A DNA stretch of 54,665 nt, filler included, from Sphacelaria rigidula (GCA_964200075.2; 5 parts of 5 records of this genome joined end to end with filler, not necessarily neighbours in it); one strand, 5' to 3'. Shown: positions 1 to 12,559, numbered from the whole stretch's first letter. The notes: generated by a model not told the origin, from the sequence alone. Numbers and translations: made by a program.

Positions 1-41
1 CACTTAATGACCATTTGTTTCGTAGCACTTTTAGCTGGTTC

Positions 42-51
42 TGGGGGGGGG
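42..51 (+). promoter_or_regulatory. Polypurine tract (PPT) of a plus-strand LTR retrotransposon
   Basis: G run (tggggggggg) a few nt before an LTR-like start (cgtagaaagtactgtttt) that resembles the TG-starting motif at 21804 (minus strand). Confidence 0.6.
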
Positions 52-55
52 CTAC

Positions 56-516
56 CGTAGAAAGTACTGTTTTGGGCTCGAACCTCATTTCATTGATGAA
101 CCTCATTTTATAGAATCCTCTGTTTTCTGCGTGCTAGCGATCAACGAAGAAGCAGAAATTGCTTCGGCGTCCTAGCAAATTCAAGGGGGAAAACAGGGAG
201 GTACAACAGGGAGCAGAGGTCTAACCTGGGGGAAGCCAAAGGTACAACAGGGCGAGCAGAGCTCTAACCTGGGGGAATCCAAGGGTACAATAGGGAGCAG
301 AGCTTCAACCTGGGGAATCCAAAGGTACCAAAACTGCAAGATAAAAAATCCGAAAATCGGTGATCCAACTAGATCGAGCGCTAGCCGCAAGGGGATATGA
401 TAGCTCCAGTAGTCGTAGATGATGGTCGTCTCAGTGATTCTTGATCGTCGTCTGATGTAGGTCGCGCTGTTGTGGTATAGTAGAAGAGGTTCCTGGTGGA
501 GAACGGGGGGCAGACA
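56..516 (+). mobile_element. Probable 3' LTR of a plus-strand Gypsy element, abutting the 3' end of the minus-strand Gypsy
   Basis: Follows the PPT; starts cgtagaaagtactgttttgggctcgaacctcat (cf. tgtggggaaagcactgttttagggttgagcctcat at 21804, minus strand); ends ...ggggggcagaCA at 516, close to where the minus-strand pol homology ends (~573). Confidence 0.55.
185..330 (+). repeat. Tandem repeat inside the LTR, 41-43 bp unit, about 3.5 copies
   Basis: Unit ctaacctgggggaa(g/t)ccaaaggtacaacagggagcagagct recurs at about 221, 264 and 305. Confidence 0.85.
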
Positions 517-572
517 ATGCTTACGGAAAACAAAATGAGGGTGGGGCAACAGTTGCGACAAGGAAGCGTGGT

Positions 573-1193
573 TCAAAGCGGGGCGTGAACGTGGTGGGTG
601 TGGTCGATGTTGCGCTGGAGACCGCGGCGAAGTCCTTTGGACTTGAGGCGCTGGAGACACCAGGATCAGCGTGGTGCAGATGGGCTGGTGGTATGTAGTG
701 CTGGCCGAAGCTTGAGCTGTATGGGTCCAGGGTCATCGATGAAGCGCACGATGTATGTGTCGGCCGAAACCAGGTTAGCGGAGTGGGTCTGACCCAATCA
801 CCAGAGGTTGTTGCTGCCTTTGAACCAAAGGTAGCTGCCCTTGGGCAGGAGTTGCTGGTTCGCGAAGAACTTCGCCTTACAAGTTTTGGTGGGTACAAGT
901 TCGTAACCATCGGCGACGAAGCGTAGTCCCTGATTGCGGTGAGGTTCGCGGGCTGCTGCACCACGACGCATGTCGCGATATTTCTTGTTGTGAGCAAGAT
1001 GCTGATGTTGGGATTGCGTCCAGTAAAGGAGGATTGCACCGCGGTGCAATTGCAGGTCGGATTCGCGTTTCCAAGACGCTCTCCGAAGACCATGCCAGTG
1101 TCTCTCATACATGACAGCGATTTTGCCACCTCGACCACGGGTTATCTGGTGGCCGGAGATGGTGGACACGGTCAATCGAAGGGACTCCGTCAC
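573..1193 (-). pseudogene. pol: Pol C-terminus: chromodomain-like domain followed by a Tudor/SH3-like segment
   Basis: ORF 798-1193 reads ISGHQITRGRGGKIAVMYERHWHGLRRASWKRESDL...ILLYW (chromo-like). The same frame continues through a TGA as LW*LGQTHS...TYIVRFIDDPGPIQLKL...SWCLQ. Confidence 0.7.
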
Positions 1194-1228
1194 GTCCTCG
1201 GTTGTAACGTGGTAGGGCAGGGACTTGG

Positions 1229-2847
1229 TCAGTAGCTGTTGAGAACATACTGTGTGAGTCCGGCAGGCAAGTACTTGGGCATATCACTTGTATCATGCGG
1301 GTTTGTGCAGGGTTTGCATCTGTGCACAGAGACACGGGGTTTGGTGTCCTTGCCCTGGAAGTCGCGAGGCAAGTCGAGATAGAGAAGTTTGTCACCAACG
1401 GGTTTTTCATCCGGTGATGATAAGGATGGTCCGATTGTCAGGATCTTGAATGGTCCTGTCCAGTTGAGGGACAATTTTGTCTTCAAAATTGTTTCGTTGG
1501 CTGCCTTGCTGGTGACTTGGCGGACAAACTGTTGTAGATCCAAACCCAATCACCAACTTTCCAGTTAGGGCATTTGTGCATGAGGTTGTAGAGAGCAGTG
1601 TTAGACATCTCTAGGCGCGAGGCGCTGATAGCGTGTTGTTCGCGCACGAGAGTAAACGCTTTGCGTTGGCGCGCATGCGCTAGCTCGTGGTAGGATATCT
1701 GATCGTGATTCAATCCTTGGTGGCCGTCGAACGTGTGGCGCTCAAACACGGTGATAGGCATCCGAGGGTAACGTCCAAGATGGAGTTCGTTCGGAGACAG
1801 GCCTGTGGCGGCGTTAACCGAGTTGTTGAAGGACAACATGATGTGCGAGAGATGTAGGTCCCAGTCATTTTGGCGATCATTAACAACCATATAGAGCATC
1901 TGGGCAATGGTGTGATTAACTCTTTCGGTACCACCGTTACCGTTCGGGTGGTAGGCGCTCGTGGCAATTTTGCGGATGCCCAGGAGCTTGTAAAACTCAT
2001 CAGAGAGACCATAGCAAAATTGCTGACCATTGTCTGAGAGGAGTCGCCTTGGGCAACCGTAGTGCCTAATGTTATCGTGGGCCAATATGTGGGCCGTTTC
2101 GGCGGCAGTGAAATCTGCGGCGGTTACCGCGTACATGGACGCGTGGCGGCTGAAGCGGTCAGTGAAGAGTAAGATGTAGGTGTTGCCGCGACCTGTGGTC
2201 GGTAGAGGGCCAAAGAAGCAAAAGGACACAAGGTGGCCAGGCTCGTCGGGGATTCCCATAGAGATGACGGGCCAGCGTACTCTCTGTCGTGAAGTTTTTC
2301 GGGCCCGACATTTGAAGCATCGCCAAATCCAGAAGCGGTTTAATATTTCCATGCCAACCCACTCCAAGAGCGCGAGGGTGCGGGTGACGCCAAGGTGACA
2401 TGGCAAGTCTGTGCGGCAGCCTTTCATGAACCAGGGGCGCATTAATAATGGCACATATATGCACGTTGGTTCGTTCTTGAGTAGTCGTGCGGTGCGTCCT
2501 GTGGTTGAGGCGGCGATTGCGCCTGTCAAAGGCGTGGGCCGACGCACGAGTAGTTGCACACCTTCATCCGTAGTAAAAAGGGTGCCTTTACGCACGAGCT
2601 TGTATACGTCAGAAATAACTGGTGTCAACCGAGGCCAGAAGTGTGGATGGAAAAGGGACTGGACAGTGGAGTGGTAAGTACCTGATGGCTGCGCGACATA
2701 CCGGTTCTGCGTTTTGTTCGCGAGCCCAATCGCGGTAGGAGTAGCTAGTGAGAAACTCGCGTAGTTGACCTTCCGCAGGCGAGCCGACCAAACATGGTGG
2801 GGCAGGCGGCGGGGGAATCGGCGACGGGGCAGAAATGCCGACGTCAA
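1229..2847 (-). pseudogene. pol: Gypsy integrase (zinc-binding remnant, DDE core, GPY/F motif), frameshifted
   Basis: CHLGVTRT...CFKCRARK; FFGPLP..GNTYILLFTDRFSR; LLSDNGQQF; YHPNGNGGTERVN; NWTGPFKI in ORF 1229-1549. Confidence 0.95.
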
Positions 2848-3419
2848 TATCTGTCCCGGGAGCAGGAGCTAAGTCGTCAGTTCCGTGCTCGGCAGCAGTA
2901 GATGTTTGCGGCGCCGTTATGGGCGGCGGGGCTGTAAGGGTGCGCGGCGAAGATTGTCCGCGGTGCGTGGTGCACGGTGCAGAAGTTTTCGCGGAGCGTG
3001 GCGTGTTGGTTCGTGGAACTTGTGCTGGGTGGCTCATAGAGGTTGAAGGCGTTATCAGTGGCGGCGGGGCGCTCGGTGTGGTGCGGGCGGCAGACCGGGA
3101 GCGCGTGTTGTCGGAGATGAGGTGGGTGACTGGAGGTGTCTCCGCGGAGAGTTTCGCGCGAGTACCGAAAGTGCGGAAATCGACAAAATCGGAGGTGGTG
3201 GGCTTTAACCCACCTAAGACGGCGTCATATGGTAGAGGGCAAGGTCCTCCCATATGCATACCTGTTTCCGGGCACTGGAGGTCGAGGGCGTAAACGGGCG
3301 TTGAAAAACGTCTAATCGCGTGAATTCCGGTTTCATCGGGTTCCGTTAAACGGCAAGCCGGACTGAAATCTGCGACCGTAGGCGGCAGAGGTAGGCGAGA
3401 AAGAAGATCAGCGTTCCTG

Positions 3420-4208
3420 TTGGGTTTTGCCTGCACGGTGCTTAATGGTATACTAGTATGCCGTCAGAAACTCCAACCATCGTTGTACACGCGGGTTGTG
3501 TTCCCCAACCTTGGCGAGTTGTTCGAGTGCTCCGTGATCTGTACAGATCTCAAAGGGCACGTGAAACAGATATTGTCGAAGGCGCTTAATGGCCCAAGTG
3601 ATTACTCCGCCTTCCAGTTCTAGCGGGCTCCATTTGGACTCGTTGGCCAGGGTAGCGCGGCTGACATAGAGGATGGGTCGGACGGAGCCATCAACCTGAG
3701 GTTGATTCAAAACCCCTCCAAATTCGTTTGTGCTGGCGTCAGTGTGGAGTTGGAAAAACCGGGAGCCATCTTGTACTGCCTCCCAATCAGGAAAGCAGAG
3801 TACCAGCTTCTCGGTAAGCGTCTTCAGTAATTCGCGGGTGATATTCTCCATTTCGGTTGTGAGGGAAAACACGGCTCCTTTCTTGAGTAACTCAGTAAGG
3901 GAACGAATCCGTTTTGATAAATTCGGCAAACATTTGCGGTAGTAGGATAGCCCGCCCAACAATGAGCGAAGTTGAGAAATGTTAGTTGGCATCGGCAAGT
4001 CAGTCATCGCTTTGACTTGGTTTGTATCCGGATGCAGGCCTGCTGGCGAAATTGAATGTCCCAAGAAATTCAAGTCGGGCGCACCAAGGCGAGCTTTGGA
4101 TGGAGACAGTTTCAAATCGTGCGTGCGTAGGCGAGAGAGAAGTTCTCGTAGTGTGCGTATATGTGCAATAGGTGAGGCATCGAAAGCGATAGCGTCATCC
4201 AGGTACAT
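3420..4208 (-). pseudogene. pol: Gypsy reverse transcriptase C-terminal half and RNase H
   Basis: YLDD catalytic motif, FLGHSIS, LRSLLGGLSYYR, LHTDAS, ELEGGVITWAIKRLRQYL, TDHGAL, RVQRW. Confidence 0.97.
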
Positions 4209-4243
4209 AATGATATGCTCGAGGCCCTTGGTGACGCGTTGAA

Positions 4244-6037
4244 TTAAGTGTTGAAAGCATCCCGGGGCAGTGGTGGCACCTTGTGGGATTCGAAGCCACT
4301 CATAGAGTCCGGACGAGGTACAAAAGCCGTCGGTGGGACTGTGTCAGGGTGTATAGCATTCTGAAAACATCCAGAAGCGAGGTCGAAAGTGCTGAATATT
4401 TTTCCTTTGCCTAAGGAGTCGAAGACTTCATCAATGCGGGGAATTGGAAGTTTACCGACTACAGTGACGCGGTTCAACCGTTGATAATTCACGGTTATGC
4501 GTATGTTTCCGTCTTTCTTGGGGACGACCACAAGGGGCGAGGCCCAAGCAGAGGAGGAATGTTGTATTCGCCCCGCTCCCAAATACGCATCCAAGATGGC
4601 GTTAACTTTCTTGGTAATGATCGGGTTTGTTCGGTATGGCCGACAAGAAATTGGCGAGACACCGGGTTGGAGGATAACCTCAACGGACCGTGTTTTGCAA
4701 TGCCCAAGATTCGTCTTGGATCGGGAAAACCGGTCTTGGTACTGTAGCAGAACATCACTGAGTTCTCGGATGACTACCGGTTCCCAGCCTGGCCCATGAA
4801 GGTCAAAATCGATGTTGCGCATGTGTGGTGGTAGTTGGTTCCACATGTGCAAGAAAATATTTCGAGAATCTGGTGATACGCGTTGGAGCACTTCAGCAGG
4901 AGGATCGGATTTTGACTGGGCAGGATCCATGGATTGAACCTGGGGTGGAGTCGCAGAGGCGAGGTCGAAATAGGGTTCATCGACACAATGGACTGACTCC
5001 GCCGGAGATGTGGTGTTTGGCGCGGCAGGCTCTGTTACGCACGTCTCGAGTGGGATGTGCATCAGGAGAGCAGCGGCGATTCCTAAACCATCGCCGGGTT
5101 CCAAGTTAGCATGACCCGTAAGAGGGAGGAGTTGTTGTCCCGCCGACACAAAATGTTCTGTGTCGGCTGGTGTGCCAATGCGGGATAATATTTCGGCAAG
5201 ATAATGGCCCGTAAGTGCTGGCATGCCATTTCGGCAAACTAGTGCCACTTTTAGAAGTTGGAGGTTGTCGGAGAGTGTAATACCAACGCTACCGTTGTAT
5301 CGTAGGTGGTAAACAGCTCGGGTTGCTTGAGTATTCTTCTGGTAGGCCAGGGCGCCGTGGAGAGTACCAAAGTGCTCGAGGTTGAATTCTCGACGAGGCA
5401 TAGAATGTGGCGCTAGTGGTGGAAGCGTGCGGTAGGTGCGTTCATTCAACCGCATATAGCTATCTCTGCCCAATAGTATGGCGTGATGCACTGTGCTGTC
5501 AGGGGCAATGTATGCCCGGACTGCCAGGCTGGCAAATCGAGTGGTGTTGTGAAAGAAATGTACACTGAGATGTACGGGTTTACGTGTCGTCAGTGGTGCG
5601 GCAGAACCACCGAAACCGCCCCACATGCGAGGTTTGGTGGTGGTTTCGCACGCTGTAGTAGCAGCGCCAGTCTGTTTCATGTGTTTCCATATTGATTCCC
5701 GAACAAATGTTCGCGGGCTGCCGCTGTCCAACAAGGATACGCATTTCGTAGATGTGATAGCGTCTGAACCGGAATGGATCGCAACGCGTGTAGTGAAAGT
5801 GGCCGTATTTACAGACACTTTACCGCCGACAAGATCCGGACCGTGTTCCGGCAAGGTAAATTGGTCAGGATCAGCGGGGCTGACAACAAGAACGCACGGC
5901 GGGTGATCCTCCGGTGGGTCAGATGTCTCACCAGAGAAGGGGGTGGACGGTATATTATTTACAGGTGTGGCGCGGTCAGAGTGACCATTGGCGGTTTCGT
6001 ACATGATCGTCTTTCGTTGACAGGGATCACCGTCCAA
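4244..6037 (-). pseudogene. pol: Gypsy aspartic protease, linker and RT N-terminal half
   Basis: LLDSGS protease motif and ILLGRD; WASPLVVVPKKDGNIRITVNYQRLN, PIPRIDE, FSTFDLASG; frameshift before YLDD. Confidence 0.95.
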
Positions 6038-6888
6038 GGGGGATCCAGAATGTGCGGGGCTGGAGTCGTCGACTGAGGAAGTAGTGCCGTCAGATTTGTT
6101 TGATTTTTTTTCTTCCGGGATACTTTATAGAGCCGTCGAACTCAAAGTCGTCGCATTTTGGAGAGATTGAGGTCGAGGATTTCCGCTCGAAAGAGGTGTA
6201 CGTAATGATGCGCGCGCGTCCATGGTGGCATGCTTACGGGGCTTCCAATTTTGCCGTGACGAAGATCGGGGGACTTCCAAAATATTTCGGGATGACCCCA
6301 CAACTGCGTCCGGTTGCGTGGATGGGGTATGCATCGGGGCATGGCGGAGCGAAACTTGTGGGCTGCTTTCCGTAGGCAAGCTTGGCTATTGGGTCATATA
6401 GCCGAAGATATGTTGGGGCGGTTGTTTTTAGAACCGGCCGAAGGTAGGTCCGTGCGCGTTGAAAGTCGCGGGAAAGGAGCTCAATTCAACTGATTGGGAA
6501 TTACATGATCCGATGTGGTCATGTTAAAATCAGCAACACTTGGGTCAGCTGAAAAAGGCTTGCTGCTACCTGTGCGTGCGGTCGCTGAGGGAAGCCTTTG
6601 CCTCAGGGACTGGCGGTTTGTCTTCCCACACCTCAGACTTATAATCGGCAGTGAAGGACCCAATTCAAGGCCGGATGTAGGTCTGAGTCGCCGGGTGACA
6701 CAACTGTTACGCGGTGTGTGGAGCGGTGAAGACGGGGGTCGATATGAACGGCCGTCAGTTGCACTCCTGCATAGTGCCGGGGGAGTTGAGTGAGCAATGT
6801 TGGACACGGGCTCCGCGGGCTGTGTTGAGAAAGTCTTCGTTCGTGCTGTGGGCGGCGTGGAAGACCGAACAACGCTGGCGTCGGCACG

Positions 6889-9800
6889 TCATGGATCTAG
6901 GCGATCCGTAGTGAAGGTGCCAGGGTTTCCGGTGTTGGGATTCGAGCTTTGTGTCGGTCCCGTCCGCTGGTGTCTATCAGCGGAACGTTTGTTGTTGCGA
7001 GAATTTTGATCGTTCTGGCGAGGGCTTCCGTGATTGTTGTTTTGTCGGCGACCGCGATTAGAGCATTTGTTGCCACGTTGATTCAAATTGTTATGGTAAT
7101 TCCGATTAGGTGGGCGGTAGTCGCGCATGCGTCTTTGCCGTCGGCGCCACGCGGGTTCACTGCCTGCAATTCAGGGTTCATGAGATCGAAGGCATTGATA
7201 CATGGACTGTCGCAGTCGCGTATACTGTGGCCTTGAACACTACAGGTGATGCAACTGTTAGTATGACTGCTGAAGGCATTGCGTCTAGCGGAAGGCAAGA
7301 GAAGTGGGTTCCACAAATGGGGGTCATCGGTAATGAATGCCGTCGTTGAAGTCAAATAAACATCATCCCAACTTTCCTCGGAAAACGGCCAACCATCAAA
7401 ACTCGCGCTGAATGCATCTCTGGTACTCTGAACATGCGTAACTGAACCGGCGACCGAGTCGGGGGTCCATGAAGCGCGAGATGAGCTCGAATTCCTGCCG
7501 CGAGCCCCATGGGCATGAGCGGAAGACACAGCCGTAGGTTGTGGACGCACAGACGTTGAAGGTTTGCCACGTATGGCGGGCGTTAGATTACCCTCTTGGT
7601 GTACGAAAGCAGACCACATAGTCTCAACGGAGGCGTAAGGCACCTCGCGATGCGCCAAGACACCCGGAAATAACGACGGCATCAGAGCCGGATACTGTTG
7701 AGCAACGCTATTGCGAACGTACGTCTGACACATTGCATCGCTCGGTCCGTTTTGGCGCCCGACACCCGTAGTACCTGAACCCAAAAGCTTAAATTCGCGG
7801 AGATAATCCGCGAAGGGGACATCCCATGCGACGACAAAAGAACTCAGCCTCTGGATGGCGCTGGCTTGGTCACTTTTGTCAAAGTAGCCTATTAAACACC
7901 TCTCCAAATCAAAGAGCAACACCGGGCCTGTCTTCCCCTTGGCACGGTCCGGATCCATTTCGGCGAGGAAGCTGTCGAGAATCTATGTTGAAGAATCAGC
8001 GATGTCGGGAGAGCGGCGACTGATGGATCGATGCAATGCTTTATGCAAGGGAGTCCACCAACACTCTACCCAGTCGGAGTCTTCCAAACGTTGTGTGCCA
8101 GTCGCATCCGCCAAGTGAAGGATGTTACAAACAGTGCGGCGAATGGACGTGATAAGGGCAGAAGTAAACTGGCCAGAATCTTCGTTATCGGCAGCAGGCA
8201 TAGTTTTAATGTGCCAGAGCTTTTTCGCATCCATCTGAATATACTGTCTCTGTACTGCAGCTACTCGGGCAGACTCGGCTCTATCGGAAGCTACGTTTTT
8301 ACTAGCTTCGGAACGTTCTTTGTCAGCCGCAGCGGTTGCTAAGGCGCGGGCTGCAGTAGAAGACAATGGACGGTTAGGTGTGTCCGTATCGGATAAACCT
8401 AAAATGCGGGCCGAAACACCAGCCAATTCAGGGATCAATTGCCTTGGAGTCGCCGGATCCGAGGGGGGGAGATCTGCACTGGACCGGTTCCAGCCGGTCG
8501 CGGAAGATCCGGAAGATTTACCTCCGTTTTGTTTGCGAAGCGGGCGGCGGGGGTTGCGAGCCGGGCGGTTCGGTCCGGAACCGCCCGAAGAAGATCCTCC
8601 ACCACCATGGCGGCGGCGTGAGCCTCCGCCATCGTTGTCGTCGTCATTCCCGCGGTGGTTCTTCTTGTGTCCCCAGCAATTGGTGGTTGCGGGAGTCCAC
8701 CCATCTTCATCTTCGTCTTCGTCGGCGATGGTGGCGCCGGCATCAGGGTTGTAAGTGGCGCGTAGCGCAGCAAAACGTTCGGTGACAGCGTCGACGTAAC
8801 TCTGATGATGCGGGTGATCGCCGATAGCCGTTTGAAGGACCAGTTGGCTCAAGGTGATTACCGATACGCCCTCATCGGGGAAGAAGCCGCCCTGCTCCAC
8901 GTAACCACTAACGGCGTAGAGCATTCCTTGCGAAATCAAGGTCCAAGCTTCGCGGGAGCAGTGTCGGTGGTTGCTTCGGCGGAAAGGACCTGTATGGTCG
9001 GCCGCGGAACGAGAAAGCCACACTCGTTCGTGAGGTGCCAGTTGCAGACCTGACGTCAGGCGGGCATCAGCCACCGAGCTAGGTGCAGGCGGCGGGCGTG
9101 TCCGGGCCGTCGTGGGGACGGCAGCGGCCGCGGCATACGACGTGGTGTCCGTCTTCCGTAGGATGACGTAGGTGGACGTATTGGTCGTTGTCTGGCGGTG
9201 GGCGCGACCACCGGGCGTGTTGCCGATGGACGGTGGAGAGGCCGGATGGTTGGGGAGACGGGCCACCGACGTGGCCGCGTCTTGAGCAGTGCGGCGGACA
9301 TGCCCCTCGAGTTCCTTAACGCGCTGCTGGGCCGCCAACGCAGCAGTGCGGCCTTCCTATAACGCGCGTTGCGCCGCGGAGTAGGTAGTCTGCGCCCGAG
9401 TAGCCTGGCTCTAAAGGTGTAGATGCTTTGCAGCGTGTTCTTCGCCAATGACACGTGCCGCAGCGGCGTCGGTCTCCTTCAGCTGCTCAAGGACGTCGTG
9501 GGCCAGCACCGGTGCATGTGAAGCATAATCGTGAATCAGTTCTTGTTGGTCCGCACGGGGGCGGTTCCTGAAAAGCCTTAACAATCAGCCCGGTAGGGCA
9601 ATGCTCGTCGCCGAGCGGAGGGAGATCCTCCACAGACTGGGGCAAGCGCACGGGGGCATCCGCGACCGGGGCAGTGGTTGGACCACTATCGGCATCAGTA
9701 TCAACCGCAGACAGGGCAGCGGCGGGTGCGGGAGCCGTCGTGGGGGCGGCAGAAGGCGCAGCAGCCAAGGGAGTAGCGGCAGCAGCGGTGGTTGTAGCGG

Positions 9801-10600
9801 CAGCGGTAGCTGCAGGGACGCCGGTGGGCTCCGTCGTGGTCTTGTCGACAGCGGCAGTGGGTCTCTAGGTTGCCATGGTCGATGGTTGTCGCTCGAGGTC
9901 TGTCAACCGTTGTTGAAGAGAGCGAATAATCGCAGCGTCGGAGCGGGACGGTGCTTCGCGGTCATTGCGGGGTCGTCGGTTTTGCGATGCAGTGCGGCCG
10001 GATGCCTCAATTGAGGATTCCAGAGCCGGTGACATGTCCGAAAATATATTTTGGATATCGTCAGCATGTACAGTGTTATCATTGCGTAAATGACGGCGGC
10101 GTGACAGATGCGGAGCAGGAGGAGTGCGCGCGGTTGCATGATCGGTGTTCTTCGAGCGCGAGTGAACGCGCGATGAACTTGATCTGTGCCGCGAATCATC
10201 CTCGTGAGTAAGGTCACGGTTGGCATTCACCGGGCGCTTCGGAGCGCGCGATGAATGGGATCTGTGGTGTGAACTACCGTCATATGTGCGACCATGAGCA
10301 GCATTCTTCGGGCGTGCAAAAATGCGGGATGAATTCAAGCTTTGCTGGGAGTTATCCTTTGATCTGCCAGCATGGGTGACGTGGTTGTGACCAACTGTCG
10401 GTGTGTGGCGCCGGTCAGAAGCGCGACTATGGTTGGGCGTCGAGGAGGGACTGGACTCATGTTCGTTGAAGTTTTCATGGGTGACGAACGGAGGACGCGA
10501 TGTCGCTGATCGGGGCGCCAAACGCCCGGGTTTGGGCGTGACAGGTGCAGAATCATCATTGAACTGCACGTGAGCAGACGCCGATTGGTCTCGGAGCGTG
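6889..10600 (-). pseudogene. gag: Long gag/ORF1 region broken into several ORFs (9865-10833, 9487-9768, 7983-9338, 7083-7958, 6889-7128)
   Basis: CX2CX4HX4C zinc knuckle CITCSVQGHSIRDC in ORF 7083-7958; capsid-like helical segment (FADYLREFK); upstream Ala/Thr/Ser/Arg-rich and coiled-coil ORFs are collinear on the same strand. The 5' boundary is approximate. Confidence 0.75.
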
Positions 10601-10853
10601 GTCTGACGAAAAGCCGTAAATGCCTCGATGAGAGCTGAAGCCGGCGAGTGCGCCGACGCCGATCGATGTATAAACAGCAAATTGTGCGAATTGAGGTTTA
10701 ACTTCGAGATGAGGTTCAAGTGGGCAACCCGACTTGTGAACTTTTTGTAGTAGAAGCACCGAGGACAAGCTCTTATTCGGAAGAAGTTACCTGTGGAGGT
10801 GAACCCGTGATGCGTCATTTTCAGTGTGTCCAAGAATCGAGATACGTTAGTCG

Positions 10854-10953
10854 NNNNNNNNNNNNNNNNNNNNNNNNNNNNNNNNNNNNNNNNNNNNTTA
10901 ATTAATTAANNNNNNNNNNNNNNNNNNNNNNNNNNNNNNNNNNNNNNNNNNNN
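10854..10953. other. Artificial 100-nt contig linker (N44-TTAATTAATTAA-N44)
   Basis: Six-frame stop linker; identical copies recur every 10,953 bp. Confidence 0.98.
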
Positions 10954-11005
10954 CGAGGGGTAGAGTGTGGGCTCGTCCTCCGAGCGCCCCAAACACAAAA
11001 AAGCA

Positions 11006-11037
<32 letters not shown>

Positions 11038-11624
11038 GAGGGGGCCCCGCCCGAGGCGCCCGGGGAGGGCCCCGCTGGAGCGCCGTGCCGGACGTTTTTA
11101 CGCGAATTGCCTTCACTAAAGCTAGAAAATATGTTGAATTTGGGCCAATTTCCAAGGGCTGTATGTAGCATATGTAGCCGGTAACGGTAATAATGGTTTG
11201 AAATCATTATCCAATTTTTCATATCACCATTATTACCGTTATAATGATCATGGTCAGTTGTACCTGGTACCACTTCCTAGCTCTACCAGCTATTCTAGGT
11301 CGACTGTGGTCTTGGCGTCCCCCTTCCGCTTTTCTGCGGTGCTCGCTTTATAGTCGCTGTTGACACTGTATCGCGTGGTTTTTATGTCGCTTTTTCCATG
11401 GTCCAAAAGTTTTCTCTGGGGCGAAAAAAAATGAAAGCGATCGTCGTTTTTTTCTCTCCGGTCACCGCGTTCTAGCATTTTTGTTTTTTTTGGCGTCGAA
11501 CACTCCAGTACTTTTTGCCGCTGTAAAACATTGGGAACCAGTCCCGTGCTGAGCCGTTGTCCTGTTTCTGTCTCGGCGTGTGGTTACTCTGTGTTTGTTT
11601 GTTTGTTTTCTTCTTCTCCGCTAG

Positions 11625-11749
11625 AAGGATGTCGGCTTCGATCTTCGGAGACGACCAAGCGGGAAGCGGCGGGGGGCTGTTCGACAGGGAGGTAGACATT
11701 TCCGTGTCATCATCCATACGCCGGAAAGAAATGCCGGAGCCGGAAGCAG
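11625..11749 (+). CDS. Exon of a host gene with LF/IF-acidic motifs (first visible exon)
   Basis: Pyrimidine tract then ctag| acceptor (alternative aag at 11627); reads RMSASIFGDDQAGSGGGLFDREVD...PEPEA; donor cag|gtatgg, phase 1, compatible with the next exon. Confidence 0.65.
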
Positions 11750-12069
11750 GTATGGTTCGTAAAGACGCGTTGAAGCGATTTGATGAAGGGCGGAATTTCT
11801 CTTCGAGGCGATCGTCGTCGCTCCCCAGTCTTGTCAGACTGGTACGAACACCAGTACCAGTTGTGGCGTCTTTCGTGAATTTGAAATCTGATTCTCATCA
11901 GGAGATTCTACTCACGTCGAATCGAGAGCAGGCAGCATCATCGATGCCATCGAAGGCTACAAGCTGAGTACCGGGAGCGAGGTAAATTGATTCTTTGAGG
12001 CTACGGGCTCGTTCCTAGAAGTGAGGGGGGCGGGGGGGGGGGCTCCGGTGAAGCGTATTGCTGATATCT

Positions 12070-12185
12070 ATGTATTGATTGATGTGGTTGATCGATTGGT
12101 CGATTTGTCGCACTTGACCTCATTCCCCAGGGATTCAGCCGTGGTGACATGATGAACGTGCCCGTGACAAAACCATACCCTGGAC
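12070..12185 (-). mobile_element. 3' end of a non-LTR retroelement (LINE/SINE) with a (CAAT)n-like tail
   Basis: Minus strand caccacggctgaatccctggggaatgaggtcaagtgcgacaaatc...atcaatcaat is similar to 32942-33008 (+) and 29525-29630 (+). Confidence 0.55.
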
Positions 12186-12559
12186 AAGAGAATACACAAC
12201 CAAAAAGTGTACTGCGTACAGTTTTGACTAATGCGCCCATTGCAACAGACGATATATACTACACTGTACGCAGTACATTTTTTTGTCCAGGGTGTGGACA
12301 AAACAGAACCGAGACACTTGCTGAAGGAAAGTGATATGTATACATACATATATAGGTGTGTGTGAACAAAATTCAGATTGTAGTGTGGAATGTCCTCTGC
12401 TACTCTTTTTTTCTAGAAGGCAAAAGGTGAACACACAAAATTCCAACATGCTTGGATATATACATACATACATATATGTATATGCATGTATATGTATGTA
12501 GTGATGTACACCTTGGGAATGAGTATATCGTGACCGTGGCAGACCCACCCGGTGATTAA

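Larger units (their letters stand above)
517..10719 (-). mobile_element. Ty3/Gypsy LTR retrotransposon (chromodomain-bearing), near full length, decayed by stops and frameshifts
   Basis: Domain order gag(CCHC)-protease-RT-RNaseH-integrase-chromodomain on the minus strand; LTR-head motif at 10671-10719. Confidence 0.95.

Noticed and set aside
185..330. CRISPR-like short repeats
   Set aside because: Head-to-tail tandem units inside an LTR, with no spacers.
56..10719. Gypsy element bounded by inverted terminal repeats (DIRS-like architecture)
   Set aside because: The left motif follows its own PPT and matches the right motif only loosely; a nested opposite-strand LTR is the simpler explanation.
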